A DNA stretch of 64,000 nt from Haliotis cracherodii. Its lineage: Eukaryota. The DNA is taken from positions 24,180,001 through 24,244,000 of the forward strand of contig NW_027266273.1 in the NCBI RefSeq assembly GCF_022045235.1, written 5' to 3'. Each line of letters begins with the position of its first letter. Positions within the stretch are counted from its first letter, which is position 1. A program made the translations under genes and the position numbers. This document shows positions 36,761-49,230 of the stretch, one piece after another. Under the pieces are notes generated by a model. That model saw only the letters and a program-made list of their open reading frames with translations. It did no database searches and had not been told where the DNA came from.

Positions 36761-37947
36761 AATTCAAACACTGTTTAACATTTTTCATCTATACTTGGTA
36801 GATGTATTAATTGGCGGATAAAGTGGTGCCTTTTGTTATTTTAAAACTTTAATTAATTTTCTGTTTCAGTGGCAACAAGTTTTACTTTGACTCTGTTTAT
36901 GGTGGTTTATTTGTGCAGACCATATCTCTGAAACTAATAGGTACTCTTGCTTAAATTTGCACGTATGATCACGTAATATAGATAATGTATTGTAAAGAGT
37001 ATTTGTCTATCATCTTCACTTTCAAATCTGTAAGAAATACAGAAATGTATTTATTCATTCATATCTTTATTAGAAATGATTCATTGACATATAGCTGGGT
37101 TTGACATTTCCATTGAAGTAAATATATGTAATTCTCACATGTATTATTCATTTATTCTTAATGCTCATCCCCTGCTACAATAGTATCACATTTCCAGGGT
37201 GAAATGATGCATGAATTAGGATTGGGGTCATAAAACTAATACATAATGGTAAATTGTTTTTCTTTTGTCTTGTTTTTATTTTATAGTCACTTCTGATGTT
37301 TTTAGAGAAGTGGTTTCATATCTATGAGTCTTGTTTGTACTTCCAGAGCAATAAATACACTGTCTCAATTGAAAAAAAGACATGGAAAAAACAAGCATTT
37401 CAGAAGTCTAAATACAAGTTCACATGTTGAATGCCTCAATACACTACTTCTGCATTGAATTTACTGCTTATATTTATAAACTTACATGATTTCCCTGCTG
37501 TTTATGAAACAGATTAACTGATTGGTGAATATTGATAAAACTTTAGAATTAAATCCAGGGAAGGATGTAGATAATAAAAGAAAGTGTTTCATGATTTTCA
37601 ACACTGCCCATTATACAGGGAATACCTGAACAGAGGTATTTCGACGGCAGACTAATAATGTAAGTTATTACATCCTACCTTTATTGACTGATTTAAACCA
37701 AATTGTATTTAAGTCAAGTATTACAAGCAAGAACGCTTTATAAAATTTATAAACGAAAACAACTATTTATTTCATGAACAGTATACTGACGTACCATGTA
37801 TATTACAATGTATGTAGGATATTGTGGCTGAACGTTACTTTTAAATTACATGTCTGTTCTATTTTGGGCATATGCCTAGTTTATGTAACCTGAGACATAA
37901 ATAAACTATTTATCTGTCAGTATTTAACTGCGTCACACTGTCTATCA

Positions 37948-38406
37948 GGGTGTGAACACCATTACTGACTGGGTGTGAACACCATTACTGACTGGGTGTG
38001 AACACCATTACTGACTGGGTGTGAACACCATTACTGACTGGGTGTGAACAACATTACTGACTGGGTGTGAACACCATTACTGACTGGGTGTGAACACCAT
38101 TACTGACTGGGTGTGAACACCATTACTGACTGGGAGTGAACACCATAACTGACTGGGTGTGAACACCATTACTAACTGGGTGTGAACACCATTACTGACT
38201 GGGTGTGAACACCATTACTGACTGGGTGTGAACACCATTACTGACTGGGTGTGAACACCATTACTGACTGGGTGTGAACACCATAACTGACTGGGTGTGA
38301 ACACCATTACTAACTGGGTGTGAACACCATTACTGACTGGGTGTGAACACCATTACTGACTGGGTGTGAACACCATTACTGACTGGGTGTGAACACCATT
38401 ACTGAC
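37948..38406. repeat. 23-bp minisatellite, ~20 near-identical units
   Basis: Unit gggtgtgaacaccattactgact. Confidence 0.97.
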
Positions 38407-38629
38407 GCGGTGCATCCAGTGTATGCAGTGAAGTGTGTCGTTACCGCCCTGATCCCAGCATACTGACGCTTACCTTGTAAACAAAGTCGTTATCTGTGTA
38501 GTGATTTTATCATTGCTACCAACATACATCGGAGTGATTTTATGTATCTTATTTTGCAACCAAACCTAAGTGAAGTAATCAGCTTGACTGAGAAGAGATC
38601 GGAATCTTAACGACTTAAAAGAACTTCTT

Positions 38630-38770
38630 TGATAGGCATTTAGAAGTTGGAGTACTAAGTAAGGATAAGAATTTGTGTGTTGCTTGATAACGGTGTTAGA
38701 GTCTACACCGAAACGTCGCTCTTAAATGTAATAAAGAAGTTGTTCATCCATTAACTCTTATTCTGACTTA
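38630..38770 (+). mobile_element. Penelope-like element pseudo-LTR fragment with inverted tail
   Basis: Shares sequence with 55540-55685; 38631-38674 is the reverse complement of the tail at ~55642-55683; contains a minimal hammerhead. Confidence 0.6.
38680..38720 (+). ncRNA. Minimal type-I hammerhead ribozyme (U3-A8 core variant)
   Basis: UUGAUAA-c-GGUGU(uagagucu)ACACC-GAAA-CG-UC: core with compensatory U3:A8, 5-bp stem II, palindromic ACGU stem III, GUC cleavage triplet ending at 38717. Confidence 0.6.
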
Positions 38771-41097
38771 AAAGAAGAAATTACAACACATCTGCTTTCT
38801 CAGACATCATTCCGCATAATCTCTAACTCACTTGACGGAGCCACCCGTGTTAGTCAGCCTCAAACTCACATTACAAACGATGGTCGCTGCGTGTGCGTGT
38901 GTTGACGCGCGGGACAAGACGCCATTGATAAGCTAAACTAATGTAGTTAAAGAAATAGTGCGGTTCGAATAGAAGGCTATGAATGATGAACACAAATCTA
39001 TTCAACACATATACTGGAAAACCATCTATTAACTAATATCGGTAGTGGTAATTAATCACATCAGGTGATTGTTGGGTAAACGAATAAACTCCATATTAAA
39101 TTGGTAGCTTAAAATTATCCCTCTCAGTAGCGCCGAAATACTCTACTCACCTTTCACACTAATCAGCGTTGTACATGCAGCAGTGTTGATACAATTGTGG
39201 CGACTTGTGGCGTCCTGCTTTCTTAAAGTCAGCGCTTACACAACGCTCCTAAACTCTGAACCTACGTCGGTGCATGTACTGGAGCACGAGATGCAACGTG
39301 ACTTGGTGTGTGATCCGCACTGTCGAGCAAGCCCTCCCCTAGTTCAGTCACCGCCAATTAGGGAAGAATTCAGCTTCTATGGGCTGCGTTTGGGTGAGCT
39401 GTTCGCGTGTCACTAACATACATAGTAAATACATAAAGGACACTTTGCCTACACCAGCCTGACGCAAGTAAGATCGGCAGATGGCCATACAAGGACCGCA
39501 CCCATAAGTTACATCAGACGTCTTTGAATCTCACTACAGGTTTTGTCCGACATGACCAGACACTAGCACACCAAACAAGAATATGCACCATTAATTCATT
39601 GCTTATATGTCATTATTATTGAAAGAGGGTGTTTTGTTATCATTAGGCGGCGTCGCTTGCCCTGTTTTTTGCGTTGTTCTGTGTGCAGATCGCCCAAACA
39701 CACCAGGTTACGCCCACTGCCGCGGGCCAGCAACAGTCTTGATGTTGTATTTACTTTGGAGAAACGGGGTCACGACATCAGGTCACGAGGTGATATAAGG
39801 ACATGTGTCCTCACACGTGTAGAATAAACACAGTTTCAAGACCTATGAGACTGAAAGGAAAAATATTCATGCCAGTAATCAGGGTATCATAAATTCAAAT
39901 ACAAGTGTGTCTTGATGGCTAACGCAACACAACGTTCTCGTGTCTGTACATTTCTTAAAAGTATGTGTCACAAAATTGAAGTAATACTATTCATATTAAC
40001 GTCAGAAAACATTTGTCTTGTGCCCGTCTCGAATCAAGGAACGATTGACACGTTTGACTCCCTAAACTTCTCCATTGTTACAAGATTAATACAGCCTATA
40101 TAACATCGTCACACGTGCACGTCACATGACTTTTGCTAAAACTTTATTTGATCAAGATTATAAAACTTAAGGCCTCAATTAAGCTTTCAAAACGTTTAAT
40201 GGAAGTGATCTAGAGGTCATTTCCAAATTTGACTCATTAGTGACGAAAATGATGTCCGATGCATTTCGTTATTTTGTCTTGATTTTCATGTGTTTGTGAC
40301 GGGTGCCACCGCTTGGGCAGGATATGCTCACCTTGTCGCGAACACCTGGTTTACAGCAAAAACGAAAATCACCAAATTGAATACCTATATACATGTATTT
40401 GTATGTCGTCTTTTAACAAAGCTTATCTTTACATATTCACTTAGGACAAGAGTTTTACACATTATACTGCACGTGCTTTCAACATCAGTTATAAAACCGA
40501 TCTTGCATAACCCAGTGCACTGACCTACATCTTGGTTGGACATGGGTTAAGTTGGGCAAGCAAGCAAACAGGGTAGAAACAGCGGTATACGAGATCACGT
40601 GACCACCGAGCCGTGTTACCTAACTGCGCTTGCTGAGCAGAGCGTTCGTCAGGGCGAAAAATACAATAGTCACCGAGACAGACTGTATGTTGAGGGAAAT
40701 GTCCGAGTAGCTCTCCATTCCTTACAAATAATGGAGAGTTACGAGGATATTCCCCTATTTAAAACACATCTCAACTCTTACACTTTGACAAAACATTTTC
40801 TTGTGGAAAATATTTGAAAAATATATTTGTCGAGGTGAGTCGTCCTTGCGTGATGCACGAGGAAAGCGTTCTCTATCGCTGTTGCACGTGCATCAAACTC
40901 CGCCGCGAGCTGATATTTACAATACATGGCACATGGCTCTATGAAATATCAGCCCTGAACAAGGATACATAATTCTTTTATTATGTTAACCTGATTTCTC
41001 TCTCTCGCCAAAGGCTTATCTACTAATATAAATATATGACTCTGTTATATGTAACCCTCTGTAACACAGCATTATATATATTATAAGTTGTAGCAGG

Positions 41098-41630
41098 ATC
41101 ACTGTGGGTACATGGGGTGTTATGCGTCCCGCGTTAGGATTTATATCACGAGCCGGAGGCGAGTAGTATAAAACCTAACGAGGGACGCATTAAACACTAT
41201 GTACAATCGCACATTTTAAAAATTTGTGTTAGTTTCTTTACAATGTCACATTAAATATTGTCGGTAATATAAATTCTTTGTAGGAAGATCACTCCGGGTA
41301 CATGGAGTTTTATGCTTCCCTCGTTAGGTTTTATACCATATAAATTGGGAATTATCCTAGCGCGGATTTCGATTGACCTGAGGTGAACTTACGATGTTAC
41401 GTGACACGCTTTTTGCTTTGAAGCGGGGTGTAAGGAATTTATTCGGTCTCTCAGAAATGCACGTGCAGTCTGCATTGCTCGTGGTGGGGTATAAAAGAAT
41501 TATTTCACCCGTAAGAAATTTCTTACCCTTCAAGGCGGGTTACACAGTATTTTTTTTCAAGATCATGTGGACCAATCAGATCTAATCATTCTGATATGGA
41601 GGTATGATAATTATTTTGAAAGTTTTAAGG
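41098..41630. mobile_element. Non-autonomous palindromic DNA element
   Basis: Hairpin 41108-41205 (atgcgtcccgcgttagg...cacgagccggaggcgagt...cctaacgagggacgcat); repeated arm at ~41288-41337; ends gaccaatcag...ggaggtatgataa. Confidence 0.45.
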
Positions 41631-41794
41631 ATTATGCGAATTTATACGGAAATATTTAATAGGTAATTTACACACCATTTATTCACTTGTGTTTTCACGT
41701 GTTTAACACCGACCCTTTTAACACAAAGAGACAGGTTGGCGACAGAGACAGTGCGACGCTATTGTTATGCTAGGTGAAGACGTGTTGTTATCTC

Positions 41795-42500
41795 GTTCAG
41801 CTGTTGACAACTGACACCCTCTATATAAAATGTTCAGCTGTTGATATCTGACACCCTCTACATATGGTGTTCAGCTATTGACATCGACTGACACCCTCTA
41901 TATAACGTGTCCAGCTGTTGACATCGACCGACACCCTCTATATAACGTGTTCAGCTGTTGACATCGACTGACACCCTCTATATAACATTTTCAGCTGTTG
42001 ACATCGACTAAATCCCTCTATATAACTTGTTCGGCTTTTGATATCGATTGACACCCTCTATATAACGTGTTCAGCTGTTGACATCGACTGACACCCTCTA
42101 TATAACATATTCAGCTGTTGACATTGACTGACACCCTCCATATAACGTGTTCAGCTGTTGACATTGACTGACACCCTCCATATAACGTGTTCAGCTGTTG
42201 ACAAAGATCGACACCCTCTATATAACGTGTTCAGCTGTTGACAAAGATCGACACCCTCCATATAACGTGTTCAGCTGTTGATAAAGATCGACACCCTCTA
42301 TGTCACGTGCTCAGCCGTTGTCAACGACAGACACCCCTACATAACATGTTCAGCTGTTGACAAGGATCGACACCCTCAATATAACGTGTCCAGCCGTTGT
42401 CAACGACAAACACCCCCTATATAACATGTTCAGCTATTGACACGAAAAGACACGCTCTATATAACACGTTCAGCTGTTGAAAAGGATCGACACCCTCTGT
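41795..42500. repeat. 40-bp minisatellite downstream of paralogue D
   Basis: Unit ttcagctgttgacatcgactgacaccctctatataacgtg, ~17 copies. Confidence 0.93.
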
Positions 42501-42844
42501 GTAATATGTTATGGTACAGATTGTCATGTTGACAAGGAGGAGCTATTATTTTAGATAGGTTCAGCTCTTGACAGATTTGTATAGACTCTCTCTCAATATA
42601 TAATATCATATATCTGGTCCAACGATTGAAGACAAGTAAACGAAGAGTTAACTTTTATCTACCACAAGAAAGGTTTACTCTGAACGAGCTCAGTCAAAAA
42701 CGATTTAAGATCTTGATACCACAAGAAGACCTAGGGACAGTGGTGGAAAATCAATCATGTGCTTTATTACAAAAGCGTACAAAAACAGGTAAAATGAACA
42801 CGTATTGACAGTTGTTATGAAAATGTACAACAGCGTGTTGACAT

Positions 42845-45800
42845 TCAGAAGCGAAATGTAAAGTTATCATCAAGCGTTGTCACTGCTTCCTTTCTTCTGT
42901 CGGTCTCTCGAATATGTCGTAGAATTGTGAGTCCAATCTTCACCAGAAATGCGATCACCGATACGACAAGCAACACCACGGTGAATATAGAGTTAGCTGC
43001 CCCTGATTGCCAGTTCTGGACCACGCTACCAGTGAGCGCCACTATCAACACAAGGTAGGGAGAAACGGTGTAACGTGAATACTTATCAAGAAATGTCCAG
43101 TCAGAGATAGCAAATAACACCAGCTCACCAGCGAGGATGCCAAGCGAAATGGTTGAGCTCATTCTTGGTGAGATTCCGAAGTCTCTTTCATAGGCGAGTG
43201 CTGCTGCAAGGTTAAGCAACGTGGCAAACGTACACCAAGTTGCATACATGGCAAGGCCGTTCTGGACAAACACCCGCACCAGCCAGACATCCACCCTCCT
43301 GCCTTCTTTGACGAGGGTGTGTCTGTGGGCGGCCATGTCACGGTAGGACAGACCCAGGCAGATGTACGTGGACAGGCATGTGAGGAGCAGGAACACGAAG
43401 GACAACCATAGGTACTCCCGGTCAAACAGGAGGCTCCACCCAAGGACCACGCCCCAGTTGAGGGCGGAGGTCAGGAATAACGTAGGACTCAGTAATACCG
43501 GGCTGACGTACACTGGGCCGTGGGGGGCTTTCCTGAAAAAATAATTCGGTTTCATTTCCAGTGCATGAGTAGATGCGCCAAACATCTTACTGATGTATTT
43601 TTATATGTTCATTGAAAGTTATTAATATATTCGTATAAGCGTTTTCCGCCATGAGTGAGTGAGCAACGTATTTAGACGAAACAGATGATATGAATTTTAA
43701 ATACATTAGACGATCATTGTTATGAGAAAAAAGAAAAATAGGTGTTGCCGGGGCCAGATGTGGCCAGGTTATCGTACATAGACTGTTGTTATGTCTTCGT
43801 AGCTATTAAAAGAGCTAACACCACGGCTATAATACGGTCCATCCACAATCGAGTCTTTGCGCAGCACTCTGCTGTGCCCGATTTGTTATCAGCTTTACTG
43901 CTGACCAAGAATGCATAGTGTGGTGTGGCGATTGTTGCTAGTTTGTTTAAGGTGGTTCTAGAAGACTGGCCGTACGGATAGGAGATACTTGACAGTGAAC
44001 CCAGGCCTTTTTCGACCCGACTTGAGTCTTATGTACTTTTCAAGTGCAGATTTGATACTCGAATTCCTGCAAGCTTCCAACACTATTTGGGACTCAAGAG
44101 TCAGGTTCAAGACATTCCACAGAAAAAACACAGGAACATTCGTGATTATACTTAATGGACCCATTGTATTGCCCTTGTATTGTCACCCTAAACCTGTGTT
44201 TTAATATAACGTGCTGATTCTCATTGATCTTGTGTGATCCTTTACTGATTTCACAATTTAGTTCTGTACGAACCGAATCTGGCTTTTCCTGTTTCAATTT
44301 GGAAATCGCCTCGTAACAATAGTGCCACCATTAACACAGGGTGTATATTGCAGAGGGCAGCTTGTAGCACATTTACGCTGTATTGCTGAGCGAGTGAGTT
44401 TAAATCTGTCTAGCATAATTTAAGTAATATTAAGTAATATTACTCAATCTTAATGTAGGAAAACGGTCCAATATGGTGTAGGTCTCAGACATTTACCACC
44501 TTGGTGAAACCCCAGATTACGGGTATGGTACTGTCAAATTTTGAATTGGGACAGATTTGGATTTGAACCCCCTATCAGCGGATCCTGTCATGGGGAGGGT
44601 ATTTCTGGGAGCGCGTGGGATGACGTACCTGCAGATGTTGATGAGGGCGAACACCATCCACAGTCCCTGCCACACAAAGATGACCCACCAGATAGCGAGC
44701 ATCGGACTGGTCGGGGTAATCTCTACAGCATACTTGTCAGATATGTCTTTGATGTCGTAGATCAGTAGTTCTGTTATGGAAGATCACAGAAGATTAGATC
44801 GTCATATGTGAATAAACAGGAGGTGCATTTTGGCTCTACAAATGAAAACCTAACCTAGTAGTTAAAGCATTCTTTATCATACCGAATTGTGTTGTTTGTT
44901 TGTTGTTTAACTCCCGACTCTGTAATATTCCAGCTATATGACGGCGGTTTGTAAATAATCGAGTCTGGAATAGACAATCAAATGACTGACATCATGAGCA
45001 TCGATCCAAGCATTTGGGAAACAATGACATGCATCAACCGAGTCAGCGAGCCTGACCACAGGATACACGTTAGCCGCCTCTTACGACAAGCATGGGTTGT
45101 TGAAGATCTATTCTATCCCGGATCTTCATACCGAAGTCCCGGGTTCGATTCGCCACATGGGTACTCTGTATGAAGCGATAGGACTGAACATTGCTGAAGG
45201 CTGAACATTGCTGAAGGCAATGTGGGATTCACAGTGGTTGTTCATCTAGAAAAGCATTTAACGCCCATACAGGTGGGATTCCCATGTGTGTTCACATCTT
45301 ACAAGCATCACCCACCCATGCAGATGGGCTAACAGAAATGGTGGGAGTGTTTATAAACTACAGGCGCTGTTAACCAAGACAGGTTGGAGTGTTTATAAAC
45401 TACAGGCGCTGTTAACCAAGACAGGTGGGAGTGTTTACTTGCTACAGGCGCTGTTAACCAAGACAGGTGGGAGTGTTTATTTACTACAGGCGTTGTCAAC
45501 CCGACATGTGGGAGTGTTTACTTACTACAGGCTCTGTCAACCAAGACAGATGGGAATGTTTACTTGCTACAGGCTGTGTAAACCCAGACAGGTGGGAGTG
45601 TTTACTTGCTACAGGCGCTGTTAACCCAGACATGTGGGAGTGTTTATAAACTACAGGCGCTGTTAACCAAGACAGGTGGGAGTGTTTACTTACTACATGC
45701 GCTGTCAACCCAGACAGGTGGGAGTGTTTACTTACTATAGGAGCTGTCAACCCGACATGTGGGAGTGTTTACTTACTACAGGCTCTGTCAACCCGGACAG

Positions 45801-47078
45801 GTGGGAGTGTTTACTTGCTACAGGCTCTGTAAACCCAGACATGTGGGCGTGTTTACTTGCTACAGGCGCTGTCAACCCAGACATGTGGGAGTGTTTATAA
45901 ACTACAGGCACTGTTAACCAAGACAGGTGGGAGTGTTTACTTACTACATGCGCTGTCAACCCAGACAGGTGGGAGTGTTTACTTACTACAGGTCTGCCAA
46001 TCCAGACAGGTGGGAGTGTTTACTTGCTATAGGCTCTGTAAACCCAGACAGGTGGGAGTGTTTACTTGCTACAGGCGTTGTCAACCCGACATGTGGGAGT
46101 GTTTACTTACTACAGGCTCTGTCAACCAAGACAGATGGGAGTGTTTACTTGCTACAGGCGCTGTTAACCCAGACTGGTGGGAGTGTTTACTTGCTACAGG
46201 CGCTGTTAACCAAGACATGTGGGAGTGTTTACTTACTACAGGCGCTGTTAACCAAGACAGGTGGGAGTGTTGACTTACTACAGGCGTTGTCAACCCAGAC
46301 ATGTGGGAGTGTTTACTTACTACAGGTCTGCCAATCCCGACAGGTGGGAGTGTTTACTTGCTACAGGCGCTGTCAACCCAGACATGTGGGGGTGTTTATA
46401 AACTACAGGCGCTGTTAACCAAGACAGGTGGGAGTGTTTACTTACTACATGCGCTGTCAACCCAGACAGGTGGGAGTGTTTACTTGCTACAGGCGCTGTC
46501 AATCCAGACATGTGGGAGTGTTTATAAACTACAGGCGCTGTTAACCAAGACAGGTGGGAGTGTTTACTTACTACAGGCGCTGTCAACCCAGAAAGGTGGG
46601 AGTGTTTACATACTACAGGCGCTGTCAACCCAGACAGGTTGGAGTGTTTACTTACTACAGGCTCTGCCAACCCAGACAGGTGTGAGAGTTTACTTACTAC
46701 AGGCTCTGTCAACCCAGACAGGTGGGAGTGTTTACTTACTACAGGCGCTGTCAACCCAGACAGGTGGGAGTGTTTATCTATTATAGGTGCTGTCAACCCA
46801 GACAGGTGGGAGTGTTTATCTATTATAGGTGCTGCCAACCCAGACATGTGGGAGTGTTTACTTATTGTTGGCGTTTTCAACCCAGGCGGGGGGAGTGTTT
46901 ATCTATTATAGGTGCTGTCAACCCAGACAGGTGGGAGTGTTTACTTACTATAGGAGCCACCCACCAGCTGTGGCGTCCGTCCAAGGGAGAAAATCAACAA
47001 GTTGAGGATAAACATTGTCCAGTTGAGTAGCAAGCTCATGATAAGAACAGGAGAGTGTCCACGCGTCTCGGTAACCAT
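42845..47078 (-). CDS. Paralogue D: ~8-TM TSPO/MBR-like membrane protein (319 aa), three coding exons
   Basis: Coding exons 47078-46949 (MVTETRGHSPVLIMSLLLNWTMFILNLLIFSLGRTPQLVGGSY), 44770-44629 (..ISDKYAVEITPTSPMLAIWWVIFVWQ..NICR) and 43532-42845. Phases 1 and 2, all GT-AG; 960 nt open. AATAAA at 42768-42763. Upstream acceptor at 47094/47093; candidate UTR donor CAG|GTAAGT at 50074. Confidence 0.9.
44385..44575 (-). mobile_element. Decayed SINE family 4 copy near the 5' end of D's extra intron
   Basis: Minus strand GGGTTCAAATCC...TACCATACCCGT..GGGTTTCACCAAGGTGGTAAATGTCTGAGACCT aligns to 9106-9201. Confidence 0.65.
44889..45128 (-). mobile_element. SINE-like family 2
   Basis: gtttgttgtttaac...caagcatgggttgttgaagatctattctatcccggatcttca. 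Confidence 0.8.
45340..46955. repeat. 42-bp minisatellite (~38 units) containing paralogue D's splice donor
   Basis: Unit acccagacaggtgggagtgtttacttactacaggcgctgtca; the last unit overlaps the exon/intron junction at 46949/46948. Confidence 0.95.
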
Positions 47079-47725
47079 GGTAATTGGATACCCTGGAAGA
47101 TAACAGAAACATATCATATCATTGTCTTAGAATAATATATTATGCTACCAATACTGACACGTTTGAAAGGAAAGCTCTCGATTTGAAATCTGACGGAGGA
47201 AAGATTTATGTCATATTATTTTAAAGCATGATGTATACTGAACCAAATTAAAAACTTCACAATCCTAAACTTTTAACATTTTGACCAGTGATCATTGTGG
47301 GCCCTTATTGTGTATTTAAACAGTAATGGCCACGTATTGTCTTCAGATAACATCCGTTTTTGTGCAGGTGAATCGATCAAAATCATGTGCACAGCACTAT
47401 AGTGGCAAAGGTGTTTTTTTCACGTGCAACTGGTCACGTGGCCATAATACCGCACGTGTTTTCAGCCAGACTTGTTAGCAGTCATTAACAAAAAAAAGAA
47501 AAACACAAGAAAACAAAAGTCTTTCCGCCCATTTGTCATGCCACGCCTTTCAAACGTGCAACGTGAACGTGCCATGATAATAATGATTGTCTGGATGCCC
47601 TGAACACAGTGTTTGGCTCTCTCTATTAATGAAAACAACATCCTAAAGCAGTAACCGAACAAATATCTTTGTAACAAAAATCCTTTTTCCATAATCATGA
47701 AATATAAAACGTCTACACCAGATAT

Positions 47726-47990
47726 ATTTGTTTGTTTGTTGTTAAACGCCACACTCCGCAGTATTGCAGCTATATGTCGGCGGTCTGTACATCGTCTAGT
47801 CTGAACCAGACAATCCAGTGAATGACATCATTAGCATCGATCCACGCAACTGCGATACAATTACATGCAACAACCAAGTCAGCGAGTCTGACCACTCGGC
47901 CCCGTTGGTCGTCTCTTACGACAAGAATATTACCTCTTATGCCAAGCCTGGGGTGCTGAACACCAATTCTACCCCGGATCTTCACGGGTC
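47726..47990 (-). mobile_element. SINE-like family 2
   Basis: tttgtttgttgttaaacgcc...ctaccccggatcttcacgggtc. Confidence 0.8.
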
Positions 47991-48561
47991 GTCAAACCAA
48001 ACTGTGTAACTAGTCACCTGTGTCTGGTTGTATATGGTGTCCTGGACCAATGCTAGAGAGAGATGGTGTTTTCCCGACTTTATGCGTATTTCTCACACGG
48101 GCCCGCCAGGCCAGTTAGTGGTTTGTGTATGCGAGTCTTCAGAACAACACAGTGTCATTAGACAATGACGTTAAGACTCTTTTGTTCCATATATTCCTAA
48201 GTTACGTTTTTGTGTGTGCCTTGTTATTTGGGTTGGTGCCAGCTTTGTCGTATTTAATCGCTTTACTTCCTTTTCAGTAATTTCATTGTTTCCCAAACAA
48301 TTGTGTATAATAACAACAGTAACTAAAGCTTGTCTTCGTGGAGTTGGACCCCTCACAGTAATCTTCTTAATTAGCACCTCTTGAACAAACACCCACATTG
48401 TTTATATTGTTGTCATTGTTTATCGGTGTAAACATCAAGTACAAACAATAGCCCGGGATTCCGATTCCTTGTGAACGCGAGATGTCGGGTAGTACAGATG
48501 TGACTTCAACGTTTAAAACGAAATACATTAGAGTAGGGGTATAACAATGTGAAAGGAAGAA

Positions 48562-49230
48562 AGAGTCCGCCACCTGGATCACTATCGTCAGGAATATACT
48601 ATATACAGATTTACTATTCCAAACATGGACTCCTACGAGTCCGCCACCTGGATCACTATCATCAGGAATATACTATATACTGATATACTATTCCAAATAT
48701 GGACTCCTACGAGTCCGCCACCTGGATCACTATCATCAGGAATATACTATATACTGATATACTATTCCAAATATGGACTCCTACGAGTCCGCCACCTGGA
48801 TCACTATCATCAGGAATATACTATATACTGATATACTATTCCAAATATGGACTCCTACGAGTCCGCCACCTGGATCACTATCATCAGGAATATACTATAT
48901 ACTGATATACTATTCCAAATATGGACTCCTACGAATCCGCCACCTGGATCACTATCATCAGGAATATACTATATACTGATTTACTATTCCAAATATGGAC
49001 TCCTACGAATCCGCCACCTGGATCACTATCATCAGGAATATACTATATACTGATAAACTATTCCAAATATGGACTCCTACGAGTCCGCCACCTGGATCAC
49101 TATCATCAGGAATATACTATATACTGATATACTATTCCAAATATGGACTCCTACGAGTCCGCCACCATGATCACTATCATCAGGAATATACTATATACTG
49201 ATAAACTATTCCCAATATGGACTCCTACGA
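48562..49230. repeat. 74-bp minisatellite, ~9 near-identical units
   Basis: Identical ORFs recur every 74 bp (48625, 48699, 48773...). Confidence 0.97.

Larger units (their letters stand above)
33242..37627 (+). mobile_element. Kolobok-like DNA transposon relic with intron-containing transposase N-terminus and DEDDh exonuclease
   Basis: TIRs aggtatttccctgtataatggg (33242, preceded by TTAA) and cccattatacagggaatacct (ends 37627). Exon fragments WKEGRRMVELGEL..ACKYC..GLSGYFYVKC..INTKLGT|gtaagt (34067) and GGPDRMNNLLSILNIKP..EAVAKEST. Exonuclease LVAHNG-FDFPV, IDSLPVFK, SYKQENLA, AHNAIGDV (36223-36760). Frameshifted. Confidence 0.7.

Noticed and set aside
37948-38406. CRISPR-like regular repeats (also 48562-49230 and the other arrays)
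   Set aside because: Head-to-tail units with no unique spacers, no cas genes and a eukaryotic context: ordinary minisatellites.
43533-43585. ORF-track N-termini of the membrane proteins (MFGASTH..., MKQKTD..., MFLAG..., MFLTT..., MFNLY...)
   Set aside because: These are intronic read-through or internal GTG/TTG codons; the real starts lie in upstream exons joined by phase-consistent GT-AG introns.
45286-47030. Repetitive ORFs in the 42-bp array (likewise 6642-7632, 12296-12610, 13139-13464, 48625-49201)
   Set aside because: Frames stay open only because of repeat periodicity; several overlapping frames on both strands and no gene structure.
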